Source: Sedimentisphaerales bacterium
GTDB taxonomy: Bacteria; Planctomycetota; Phycisphaerae; Sedimentisphaerales; Anaerobacaceae
DNA: 64,000 bases
Assembly (NCBI GenBank): GCA_963708075.1
Contig: OY970194.1
Coordinates: 6,912,001-6,976,000 of the forward strand
Direction: 5' to 3'
Part shown: piece by piece, positions 56,016-64,000 of the stretch
How the letters are laid out: the number at the start of each line of letters is the position of its first letter
Numbering within the stretch: position 1 is the stretch's first letter
Notes under the pieces: generated by a model
What the model saw: only the letters and a program-made list of their open reading frames with translations
Databases searched by the model: none
Told to the model about the DNA's origin: nothing
Position numbers and translations under genes: made by a program

Positions 56016-57347
56016 TCATGGCTGTTTGCGGATCTTCACGCTGCGGGCGTGGGCGTCGAGGCCCTCGACTTCGGCCAGGCGGATGATGTCGTCGGCACTG
56101 GCGGCAAGCTGCTCGGCGCTGTACTCGATCAGGCTGATCGACTTGAGGAAGTCGTTGCACGTCAGGGCGCTGGAGAACTTGGCGCGGGTCCCGGTGGGCA
56201 GGGTGTGGCTGGGGCCGGCCCAATAGTCGCCGACGGCCACCGGCGTGTGCGGACCGATGAAGATAGCTCCGGCGTTGGTGATTTTCTCGGCGATTTGACG
56301 GCTCTGTGAGCCGCACTGAACCTCCAAATGCTCGCAGGCGAATTCATTGGCGAGAGTGATGGCGGTGTCCATGTCCTTCAACACGATGATCCGGCTGAAG
56401 CGATTGAGGGATTGGGCTGCCTCTGTCGCTCGCGGCAATGCATTGAGCTGCTCGCACAACTGTTCGAGGATAGCCCGGGCCAGTGGTTGCGAGTCGGTTA
56501 CCACGACCGCGCTGCTGTCGGTGCCGTGCTCGGCCTGGCTGAGCATATCCGCCGCTACCCACGCGGGATTGGCCTGGTCGTTCGCGATGATGAGCACTTC
56601 GCTCGGGCCGGCAATCGAATCGATCCCGACGTAATCACCGGCGACGTTCTTCTTGGCCGCTTGCACCCACTTGTTGCCCGGCCCGACGATCTTGTCCACC
56701 TTGGCAATCGTCCGCGTTCCGTGGGCAAGGGCGCCGACCGCCTGAATGCCGCCGAGCCGATAGACCTCCTCCACTCCCAACTCACGGCAGACGGCCAAGA
56801 TCACCGGATGGATCGTACCTTCGAACCTCGGGGGTGACACGACCGCGATTTCTTTGACGCCGGCCACCAGGGCGGGGACGACCGTCATGATCACTGTCGA
56901 TGGCAGGGGGGCGGCGGCTCCGGGCACGCAGACACCGACGCGCTTTAGTGACGTGTAGCGGATGCCTGTGCCTTGGGAAAACTGCCGCTGGTTGCCGATG
57001 AAGATCTTCTCCTGGTAGGCATGCACGTTGCGGATGGCCTTGCGCAATGATTCGAGCAGGCGGGCGTCGATGCCTCTGTGGGCTTCGTCCAGAGCCTGTC
57101 GCGTGACGCGGAACTGGCCGGGACTGAGCTTCACGCCGTCGAATTTCTCGGTGTATCTGGCGACCGCGTTATCACCCTGTTCTGCGACCTCGCGGAGGAT
57201 TGTCACGACAGTCTGGCTTTCCTTGCTGTCATACCCGGCCAGCCGGGCCGCCGACAGAATCGTGGACCGCAGAACGCCGAGCTTCGCCTCGAAGTCGGGC
57301 TGGGACGTCTGAAGAAGGATGTCTTGCAGTAGATCACCCATAGTCAC
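56016..57347 (-). CDS. hisD: Histidinol dehydrogenase
   Basis: KIVGPGN.WV, IDSIAGPSE, DMLSQAEH, EHLE, GDY.AGPSHTLPT. Confidence 0.97.
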   Translation of the reverse strand: MTMGDLLQDILLQTSQPDFEAKLGVLRSTILSAARLAGYDSKESQTVVTILREVAEQGDNAVARYTEKFDGVKLSPGQFRVTRQALDEAHRGIDARLLESLRKAIRNVHAYQEKIFIGNQRQFSQGTGIRYTSLKRVGVCVPGAAAPLPSTVIMTVVPALVAGVKEIAVVSPPRFEGTIHPVILAVCRELGVEEVYRLGGIQAVGALAHGTRTIAKVDKIVGPGNKWVQAAKKNVAGDYVGIDSIAGPSEVLIIANDQANPAWVAADMLSQAEHGTDSSAVVVTDSQPLARAILEQLCEQLNALPRATEAAQSLNRFSRIIVLKDMDTAITLANEFACEHLEVQCGSQSRQIAEKITNAGAIFIGPHTPVAVGDYWAGPSHTLPTGTRAKFSSALTCNDFLKSISLIEYSAEQLAASADDIIRLAEVEGLDAHARSVKIRKQP

Positions 57348-58250
57348 TCACTTGACAAAATTCCCGTAACCGTAGGCCCGTATCGTTCTCTGCAGCAGCA
57401 GATACTTTTTGCCTTTGAATTCCGTGACGAGTCCCGCGACGCTGAAGCGGATGCGCTCGGGCGAGGCCGCCTGCGTTTGCAGGGCTTGCTCGAGCACGCC
57501 ACACGGCAGCAACTCGTATCGCGTTCTGCCGATGTTCCAGCCGAAGGCGTCCGGGACAAAAACGAAGTGATCAGAGGCTGGAGGCTGGAGGCTGGAGACG
57601 GCAGGCGCGGGCTCGATTCTGCCGATGGCGTCCACGAGCATGCGGTCCGGGCTTTTCTGCACTCCCGGCTTGCCGCCCTCGCGCTGCGGCCCACGAACGA
57701 AGCGGCGATCCTTGAGCTTCTCAACGACTTCCTGCGGAATCGCCAACTCGGGGTCGCCCTCGCCGCTCTTTGCAGGTTCCCGAAGGGCCTGGGCTCCCTT
57801 GTCCAGCGCGTCCGGCGATTCTGCGCTCTTCAATTTGCTCAGCGGCAGGTAGTACGAGGGAAACAGGAAGCTCCTGTCGCGGAATCGGGTCACGCGGGCC
57901 GAAAGCCTGTACGTCGGCGTATGTCGATCGTTGGCGTCCGCGATCAACAGCTCCAGTGTTGTGCATGGGAGCAATTCGAATTGTGTCCCCGCAGCGACCG
58001 GGCCGTGGATGCTGTTGGCGTCTGCGACCAGTTCGAAGAGCCATGTGTCGCCCGCGCCGGCGGCAATGAGCTTTCCATCGGCGCTCGGCAGAACGATCCC
58101 GTCCGTCAGAGGCTTTGGCGGGCTCTGCTGTGCACTCAGGCTTGTTGAGGATGTCAGACTGAAGAGGACAGCGCATGCAATCGGAGCAATGATGGCTGCA
58201 CAGCAACTCTGCCAGTTTGAAATCTGAGATTTGAGATTTGGTTTCTTCAC
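57348..58250 (-). CDS. Exported hypothetical protein with a two-fold internal repeat
   Basis: Signal-peptide-like N-terminus. FELLPC..LE..LS.RVT.F....L repeated as YELLPC..LE..VAGLVTEF....LL. Start uncertain (58250 or 58271). Confidence 0.7.
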   Translation of the reverse strand: MKKPNLKSQISNWQSCCAAIIAPIACAVLFSLTSSTSLSAQQSPPKPLTDGIVLPSADGKLIAAGAGDTWLFELVADANSIHGPVAAGTQFELLPCTTLELLIADANDRHTPTYRLSARVTRFRDRSFLFPSYYLPLSKLKSAESPDALDKGAQALREPAKSGEGDPELAIPQEVVEKLKDRRFVRGPQREGGKPGVQKSPDRMLVDAIGRIEPAPAVSSLQPPASDHFVFVPDAFGWNIGRTRYELLPCGVLEQALQTQAASPERIRFSVAGLVTEFKGKKYLLLQRTIRAYGYGNFVK

Positions 58251-58254
58251 AGTT

Positions 58255-58785
58255 TCACAGTCCCAGCGCACTCCTGATCACCTCGGGCACCTGGCCCGGC
58301 TCCCGAACGAAGGTAATGTATTTCACACACTTCGGATCGTCGGCGGCGACCAGATCGACCACCGGCTTCCAGAAATCGCCCACGAGGATCACCGGCCGGG
58401 CCCGGTCGAGAAAGCCCTTGTTCTTGAGCTCCCAGACGGCCGCCAGTTCCAGGAGCGTGCCCGTGCCGCCGGGCAGAACGACGTATGCCCGGCCGACCTT
58501 GATGAGATTGTGCAGCCGCTCTTGCAGCGAATCGGTCACAACCTCGTGCGTGACGAACTCGTTGGCGGCGCTATTCTTGAACGCACAGCACGTCACGCCG
58601 ATGATCTTGCCACCCGCCTCGGCAGCGCCCTTGGCCGCCGCAAGCATCGTGCCGCGGTACCCGCCGTTGGCGATGGTAAAGCCGGCCTGCGCCAATGCCC
58701 TCCCGACCTGCTCGGCGAGCATGTACGCCGGCTCGCCTGCCTGGGCCCTGCCTGTCCCGAAGATACTGACTACTGTCTCATCCAT
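58255..58785 (-). CDS. LOG-family nucleotide-binding protein
   Basis: NGGY.GTM.A.AKGA, VVLPGGTGTL.EL. Confidence 0.9.
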   Translation of the reverse strand: MDETVVSIFGTGRAQAGEPAYMLAEQVGRALAQAGFTIANGGYRGTMLAAAKGAAEAGGKIIGVTCCAFKNSAANEFVTHEVVTDSLQERLHNLIKVGRAYVVLPGGTGTLLELAAVWELKNKGFLDRARPVILVGDFWKPVVDLVAADDPKCVKYITFVREPGQVPEVIRSALGL

Positions 58786-60751
58786 GAGCTTTCTGCCGCG
58801 TGTAGTTCAGCAGTCCCGCCGAGAGCAGGATGTCCCTGTCTCTGCCGGACAGCTCCAGTCTGCCGGTGAAACTGAACGAGCCATCCTTCTTGCGGATTGT
58901 GACGACGTCGCTGCTGCGGATCGCGCCGAGCAGATCGTCGATGGCCAACTCGTCTCCCGTCGTAAGCCTGTCGTGGTCGGCCGGATCGGCGAACCGGATC
59001 GGCACGATGCAGAAGTTGATCAGGTTCGCGCGGTGGATGCGCTCGATGCTCTTGGCAATTACCGCTCGCACGCCCAGGTACATTGGGCACAGGGCCGCGT
59101 GCTCGCGCGAGGAGCCCTGGCCATAACTTTCGCCGGCCACGATAATGCCGCCGATGCCTTTGCCCTTGAGTTCCAGAGCTCGCTCGGCGAACGTCGGCTT
59201 GCCCGGCTCGTTGAAGCTGTTGAACACCACCTTTGCATACTCCGGGACATTCGAGCGAAGCTTCAGGAACGTCCCGGCGGGCATGATGTGGTCGGTCGTA
59301 ATCTTGTCGGCGCACTTGAGCAGGATGCGTCCTGTCAGATTGGCCGGCAGGGGCGTCGGTGCTTCCGGCACGACGATGGTCCGGCCGCGAAGGACCTCGA
59401 CGCTACGTGCTTTCTCTTCGCTCAGGGCCGGCTCGATCATGCTGTCGTCGATGTCAAATTCGCGGGGCAGCTTGATCTTCGGATACGCGATTCCCATCTG
59501 TGCCGACAGGTCGCGCGGGTCGGCGATCTTGCCCGTCAGGACCGCCGCCACCGCTGTCTCGGGACTGACCAGGTACACCTGATCGCCCTTGGTGCCGCTG
59601 CGGCCGGCGAAGTTGCGATTGAACGTTCGCAGGCTCACCGTCCCGTCGGCGGGAGAGAAGCCCTGCCCGATGCAAGGCCCGCAGGCGGATTCGAGGATTC
59701 TTGCTCCGGCGGCGATCATGTCCGCGAGGGCTCCGTTCGCCGCCAGCATATTGAGCACTTCCCGGCTGCCCGGCGCCACGGCGAACTCGACCATCGGGTT
59801 GATCCGCCGGCCCTTGAGCACTTTCGCCACCATCATCATGTCCGCGAAGCTCGAATTGGTGCAACTGCCGATGGCCACTTGGCCTACTTTCGCCCCGGCG
59901 ATCTCGCGGACGCTTTTGACACAGTCCGGCGAGGAGGGACACGCCGCCATCGGCTCAAGCGATGATAGATCGATTGCAATCACCCGGTCGTACCGGACAT
60001 CCTTATCTGCCGCCATCGGGCGGTGATCCTGCTCGCGTTTCTGTGCGGCGAGGAACCTTCGCGTCTGCTCGTCGCTGCCGAAGATGCTCGTGGTCACGCC
60101 GAGCTCGGCGCTCATGTTCGTGATCGTCGCCCGCTGCGGCACCGTGAGGCTCTTGACTCCGCTGCCGAAGTACTCGACCGCCCAGCCGACATTGCCCTTG
60201 GTCGTCAACTCGCTGAGCAGTTTCAGAATGACGTCCTTGGCGGCCACCCAGTCGCCCAGTTTGCCGGTGAGTTTCACGCCGAGCACCTTGGGGCACTGCA
60301 GATAGAACGGCCCGCCGCCCATCGCCACGGCGACGTCGAGCCCGCCCGCGCCGATGGCGAGCATCCCGATCCCGCCGCCGGTCGGCGTGTGCGAATCGCT
60401 GCCGAGCAGCGTCGCGCCAGGCTTGCCGAACCGCTCCAGGTGCACCTGATGGCAGATACCGTTGCCCGCCCGCGAATGATAAACCCCGCTCTTTGCGGCG
60501 ACGGTCTGCAGGTACAGATGATCGTTGTGATTCTCCGGCCCGAAGCCTGCCATGTTGTGATCGACGTAGCTTACGGACAGGTCTGTCCGAACCCGTCCGA
60601 CTCCCATGGACTCGAACAGCAGGAACGCCGTCGTCCCTGTTGCGTCCTGCGTCAGCGTCTGGTCAATCCGTATCCCGATCTCCTCGCCGGGCACAAGCCG
60701 GCCTTCAACGAGGTGCTGCTCCAATATCTTGTAGATAAGCGTCTTACCCAA
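58778..60751 (-). CDS. acnA: Aconitate hydratase (short type)
   Basis: DQTLTQDATGT, GICHQ, GSDSHT, GSCTNSS, CGPCIG, TFNRNF, ITTDHI.P, YGQGSSREHAA. TTG start after AGGAG. Confidence 0.92.
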   Translation of the reverse strand: MGKTLIYKILEQHLVEGRLVPGEEIGIRIDQTLTQDATGTTAFLLFESMGVGRVRTDLSVSYVDHNMAGFGPENHNDHLYLQTVAAKSGVYHSRAGNGICHQVHLERFGKPGATLLGSDSHTPTGGGIGMLAIGAGGLDVAVAMGGGPFYLQCPKVLGVKLTGKLGDWVAAKDVILKLLSELTTKGNVGWAVEYFGSGVKSLTVPQRATITNMSAELGVTTSIFGSDEQTRRFLAAQKREQDHRPMAADKDVRYDRVIAIDLSSLEPMAACPSSPDCVKSVREIAGAKVGQVAIGSCTNSSFADMMMVAKVLKGRRINPMVEFAVAPGSREVLNMLAANGALADMIAAGARILESACGPCIGQGFSPADGTVSLRTFNRNFAGRSGTKGDQVYLVSPETAVAAVLTGKIADPRDLSAQMGIAYPKIKLPREFDIDDSMIEPALSEEKARSVEVLRGRTIVVPEAPTPLPANLTGRILLKCADKITTDHIMPAGTFLKLRSNVPEYAKVVFNSFNEPGKPTFAERALELKGKGIGGIIVAGESYGQGSSREHAALCPMYLGVRAVIAKSIERIHRANLINFCIVPIRFADPADHDRLTTGDELAIDDLLGAIRSSDVVTIRKKDGSFSFTGRLELSGRDRDILLSAGLLNYTRQKAHG

Positions 60752-60924
60752 TCCGGCTACTCCTAACAAACCAGTTCAACGCCCACACTCTACCAGAACC
60801 CGTCCCGAAACACAAACCCTTGCTAAGACCCGATTTGCCGTGCAAGCGAAGGTCTTTACAGCCGACGCGTTTCAGGGTAGAATAAGAATCAGGGGACACG
60901 TTTTCTGGAACAGGAGGAATCAAG

Positions 60925-62556
60925 ATGAGGCTGGCGTTGCGGAGTTGCCTGTGCATCCTGTGGGTCTTGGTGTTTCTTGGCGAAGGGGTCGTCTTGGCCG
61001 ATGATGACTCCAACAGTTGCCCCGTGAGTAGTCTTGTCTATCCGGGTCCTGACGGCAAGCTGGTCTATGCGCCGTATGCAAACTGCGGTGACACGCGGAA
61101 ACTCAATACCATTCCGGACTGGTCATCTTGTGGGTATCTGGGCGGGGGCGTCAGGATCCCGGATGTCCCAGCCGTTGTGACGATTTCGCCTGTCTCAGGT
61201 GATAATCGGTCCAGCATCCAGGCCGCAATCGACTACGTGTCAGAGTTGCCCTGCGATGCCAATGGCTTCCGGGGGGCGGTCCTGTTGACGAAAGGCCGCT
61301 ATCCGGTGGAAGGGACCCTCCAGATCGTCGCCGGCGGTGTTGTGCTCCGGGGCGAGGGACAGAGCCCGCAGGGGACCGCGATCGTGGACACGGGGCAGGG
61401 CCAGGACACCTTGATCGTCGTCAAGGGCGGATCGAGGGCGGATTTCACCAACATACGGGCCCGGATCACCGACCCCTTCGTGCCGGTCGGCGCCGTCCGT
61501 TTCCAGGTGTCCTCGGTGGCGGAGTTCCCCGTGGGCGACCGGGTGATTGTTCACCGCCAGACGAACGACAAATGGATCGATGACCTGAACATGAGACAAT
61601 ATGGCTGGACGGCGTCCGGCTATGAGGATCGATGGGAGCGGGTGATCACGGAGATCGTGGGCAATGAAATCACGTTAGATGCGCCTGTTGTGCAGGCCAT
61701 CGAGGAGCAGTACGGCGGGGGAGAGATCTATAAGTGCGCCATCGGGAGCCGGATCCGGCAGGTCGGCATCGAGAACCTGTGGCTGGAGTCCGAGTACGAT
61801 GATCCTACCGATGAGACTCACGGCTGGAATGCCATCGAACTGTCGAACGTGGAAGACGCCTGGGTCCGGCAGGTCACGTCCCGGTACTTCGGGTATTCCT
61901 GCGTAAGTGTGCTGGGCGGGGCCAGGAACGTCACGGTCCAGGACTGTGCCTGTCTCGATCCCAAGTCCCAGATTACGGGCAGCCGCAGGTATTCGTTCAA
62001 CCTCGACGATTGTTGTCTCGTGCTGGTGCAGCGGTGCTTTGCCCGTGAAGGCCGGCATGACTTCGTCACCGGGTCCCGGGTGCCGGGGCCAAATGTCTTC
62101 GTGGATTGCTTTGCCATGAACTGCCGTGCCGACTCGGGCAACCACCACCGCTACGCGGAGGGCACGCTGTTCGACAACGTGAAGGTCACGAATCTGGCGG
62201 TAGAGAACCGCCAGACCTCCGGCTCCGGGCACGGCTGGTCGGGCGCCCAGACGCTGTTCTGGAACTGCCAGGCTGCGACCATCTGCCATGCACCGCTGGG
62301 AGCGATGAACTGGGCCATCGGGATTGTCGGAATCCGGCGGTATGGGTCCTGGGCGCCGCAGGAGCCGTTGGGCCACTGGGAATCTCTCGGCGTGCACGTC
62401 TGTCCGCGAAGCCTCTATTACAAGCAATTGGAGGACCGGCTTGGCCCCGAGGCGGTGGACAATGTGACGACCCCTGCCCAGCGGGCCGGGACGATCTGGA
62501 CTCAACTGCAGAATTGGGCCGGTTTGGACGACGATCTGCTCGCTGCTGCAGAGTAG
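60925..62556 (+). CDS. Secreted pectin-lyase-fold (beta-helix) protein
   Basis: Signal peptide, IPDWS.CGY.GG, IQAAID.V, GAVLL..G, VVLRGEG, HHRYA.G.LFDN. Confidence 0.8.
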   Translation: MRLALRSCLCILWVLVFLGEGVVLADDDSNSCPVSSLVYPGPDGKLVYAPYANCGDTRKLNTIPDWSSCGYLGGGVRIPDVPAVVTISPVSGDNRSSIQAAIDYVSELPCDANGFRGAVLLTKGRYPVEGTLQIVAGGVVLRGEGQSPQGTAIVDTGQGQDTLIVVKGGSRADFTNIRARITDPFVPVGAVRFQVSSVAEFPVGDRVIVHRQTNDKWIDDLNMRQYGWTASGYEDRWERVITEIVGNEITLDAPVVQAIEEQYGGGEIYKCAIGSRIRQVGIENLWLESEYDDPTDETHGWNAIELSNVEDAWVRQVTSRYFGYSCVSVLGGARNVTVQDCACLDPKSQITGSRRYSFNLDDCCLVLVQRCFAREGRHDFVTGSRVPGPNVFVDCFAMNCRADSGNHHRYAEGTLFDNVKVTNLAVENRQTSGSGHGWSGAQTLFWNCQAATICHAPLGAMNWAIGIVGIRRYGSWAPQEPLGHWESLGVHVCPRSLYYKQLEDRLGPEAVDNVTTPAQRAGTIWTQLQNWAGLDDDLLAAAE

Positions 62557-62719
62557 GCGTCTCGTCTTTTTCGCTCTCATGGGCCTGTCCGGGTGGGGCC
62601 ACGAAATCGAGTCGCACTCCGAGAAAGCGGTTTGAGGAGGAACGGTCTGCGTGTATCATTGGAGCCATGGCGGCGTGAATCGCAGTTGCGAATTCCACGG
62701 CAATCATGAGGCGGATGAC

Positions 62720-64000
62720 ATGAGCGATAACGGCAAAGGGCGGAGTAAACGATTCAAACTCAATAACTGGCACGTGACTCTTGCGGCCATCGTAGCCGTG
62801 GTAGGGCTCATAGCTCTCTACATCGTGATGGCCAGGGCTCGCCTGGATCGCCGGCTGGAGGCATTGCGGGCCGCCGGGTATCCGACCACCCTCGCCGAAC
62901 TGGCCGAGTACAACAAGCCGCCCGAGGGGACGGCGAACGCGGCCGGCGTGTACATGGAGGCGTTTGCCGCGTATGCGCCGCCACTGGATGGCACGAATGT
63001 GCCGTATCTCGGATCGGCCCGGCTGCCGGACCGAGGCAAGCCTCTGCCCGAGCCGATGGTCAAGGCGATCTCGCAGTGCCTGGCGAGCAACCAGCAATGC
63101 CTTTCCCTGTTGCACGAGGCCGCCGGCATCCAGGATTGCAGGTATGACTGGGATTGGCGGAAGTTCGCGGCAACGGGATTCACGCAGTTGACCGATGTGA
63201 AACAGTGTGCACAACTGCTGGGATTGAGTGCAACCTATTACTCGCACACGGGCGATCCCAATGCGGCTGCCAGATGTATCGAGGATGGGCTGTGCTTGGC
63301 GGATTCGCTCCGACGGGAGCCGGCGCTGATCAACTACCTGGTGCGAGTCGCCTGTGTTGGCCATTCAGTCGCGAGCCTGGAGCGGAGCTTGAGCACGGCC
63401 GCCTTCACGGACCAACAGTTGGCACAGTTGGACGAGGCGCTGACAGCAACCGCCGGCACGATCGATCTCACGCAGGCCATGATTACGGAGCGATGCGTCA
63501 TGATCGAGACGTGCCGAGACCCGTTTCTCGCGGCCGGACCCGGTCCGGGCCCCAAACCCCGGATGCTTCCGGGCATGACGAGAACAGGGATCGCCGACAT
63601 CCTGGACTATATGGGGGATTGTATCGAGGCCTCCAAGCGGCCGCCCATGGAGCGGCTGGCAGGATTTCGGGAGGCCACGGGAAAAGTGGAGGACCTCTCG
63701 GTCCTGCATGTCATGATCAAGATGCTGGCCCCATCATTGGGCCGGGTGGCGGAACTGGACCTGCGGGCCCGTGCGCGCATCGATTCGGCCAGGACGGCCC
63801 TGGCTATCGAGCGATACCGCCTGGCGACCGGCAAGTTGCCGGAGCGATTGGCAGAGCTTGTGCCCCAGTACCTTAAAGAGGTGCCGATCGATCCCTTTGA
63901 CGGCAATCCCATCCGGTATAAACGCACGGAACCGGGCTATCTCCTTTACAGCATCCTGGGCGACGGGGACAACGGCGGCAAAGAGAAACAGCCGAAAAGC
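62720..64000 (+). CDS. Membrane-anchored hypothetical protein with a C-terminal GspG/pilin-like motif; 3'-truncated
   Basis: Translated by hand (no stop, so absent from the ORF track): MSDNGK..TM..LRAAGYPTTL.EL..EPALINYLVR..ALAIERYRLATGKLPERL.ELVPQYL..VPIDPFDG.PIRY..YLLYS. Confidence 0.8.
   Translation, partial: MSDNGKGRSKRFKLNNWHVTLAAIVAVVGLIALYIVMARARLDRRLEALRAAGYPTTLAELAEYNKPPEGTANAAGVYMEAFAAYAPPLDGTNVPYLGSARLPDRGKPLPEPMVKAISQCLASNQQCLSLLHEAAGIQDCRYDWDWRKFAATGFTQLTDVKQCAQLLGLSATYYSHTGDPNAAARCIEDGLCLADSLRREPALINYLVRVACVGHSVASLERSLSTAAFTDQQLAQLDEALTATAGTIDLTQAMITERCVMIETCRDPFLAAGPGPGPKPRMLPGMTRTGIADILDYMGDCIEASKRPPMERLAGFREATGKVEDLSVLHVMIKMLAPSLGRVAELDLRARARIDSARTALAIERYRLATGKLPERLAELVPQYLKEVPIDPFDGNPIRYKRTEPGYLLYSILGDGDNGGKEKQPKS

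Noticed and set aside
62818..63927. ORF-track entries at the right end of the window
   Set aside because: The real gene is the stop-less plus-strand frame from 62720; the listed ORFs are alternate frames.

Overview
GC-rich bacterial window. Gene content and style suggest Planctomycetota, probably Phycisphaerae/Sedimentisphaerales (inference): repeated 'YYWRVDE' LamG exoproteins, tandem Tat sulfatases, ECF sigma/anti-sigma, and heptamer repeats. Housekeeping genes are smpB, trpC, glnS, gltX-pfkB-thpR-recA-alaS, hisD, LOG and aconitase. They are interleaved with polysaccharide and sulfate-ester genes (four sulfatases, beta-helix proteins, an ExuT-type MFS transporter, PHP hydrolases) and metal homeostasis genes (MgtE, ZupT, a CzcCBA-like RND pump). 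The most unusual part is 3.4-10.2 kb. It holds an unannotated 30-aa Cys/Lys-rich ORF, a nested stack of several REP-like palindromic elements, and an intact ISKra4/ISLre2-type IS with a T5C5 recoding site. It continues with a MetF-MetV-AcsE-like triple-fusion gene and an AT-rich coupled gene pair (PD-(D/E)XK nuclease plus unknown partner) that is a candidate defence system. Other highlights are a GluRS with an XRE-HTH-like insertion, 7-bp tandem repeats inside several CDSs, and at least five REP-like families. About ten single-base frameshifts, including one in alaS, are most likely assembly errors. No rRNA, tRNA, tmRNA or true CRISPR array was seen.
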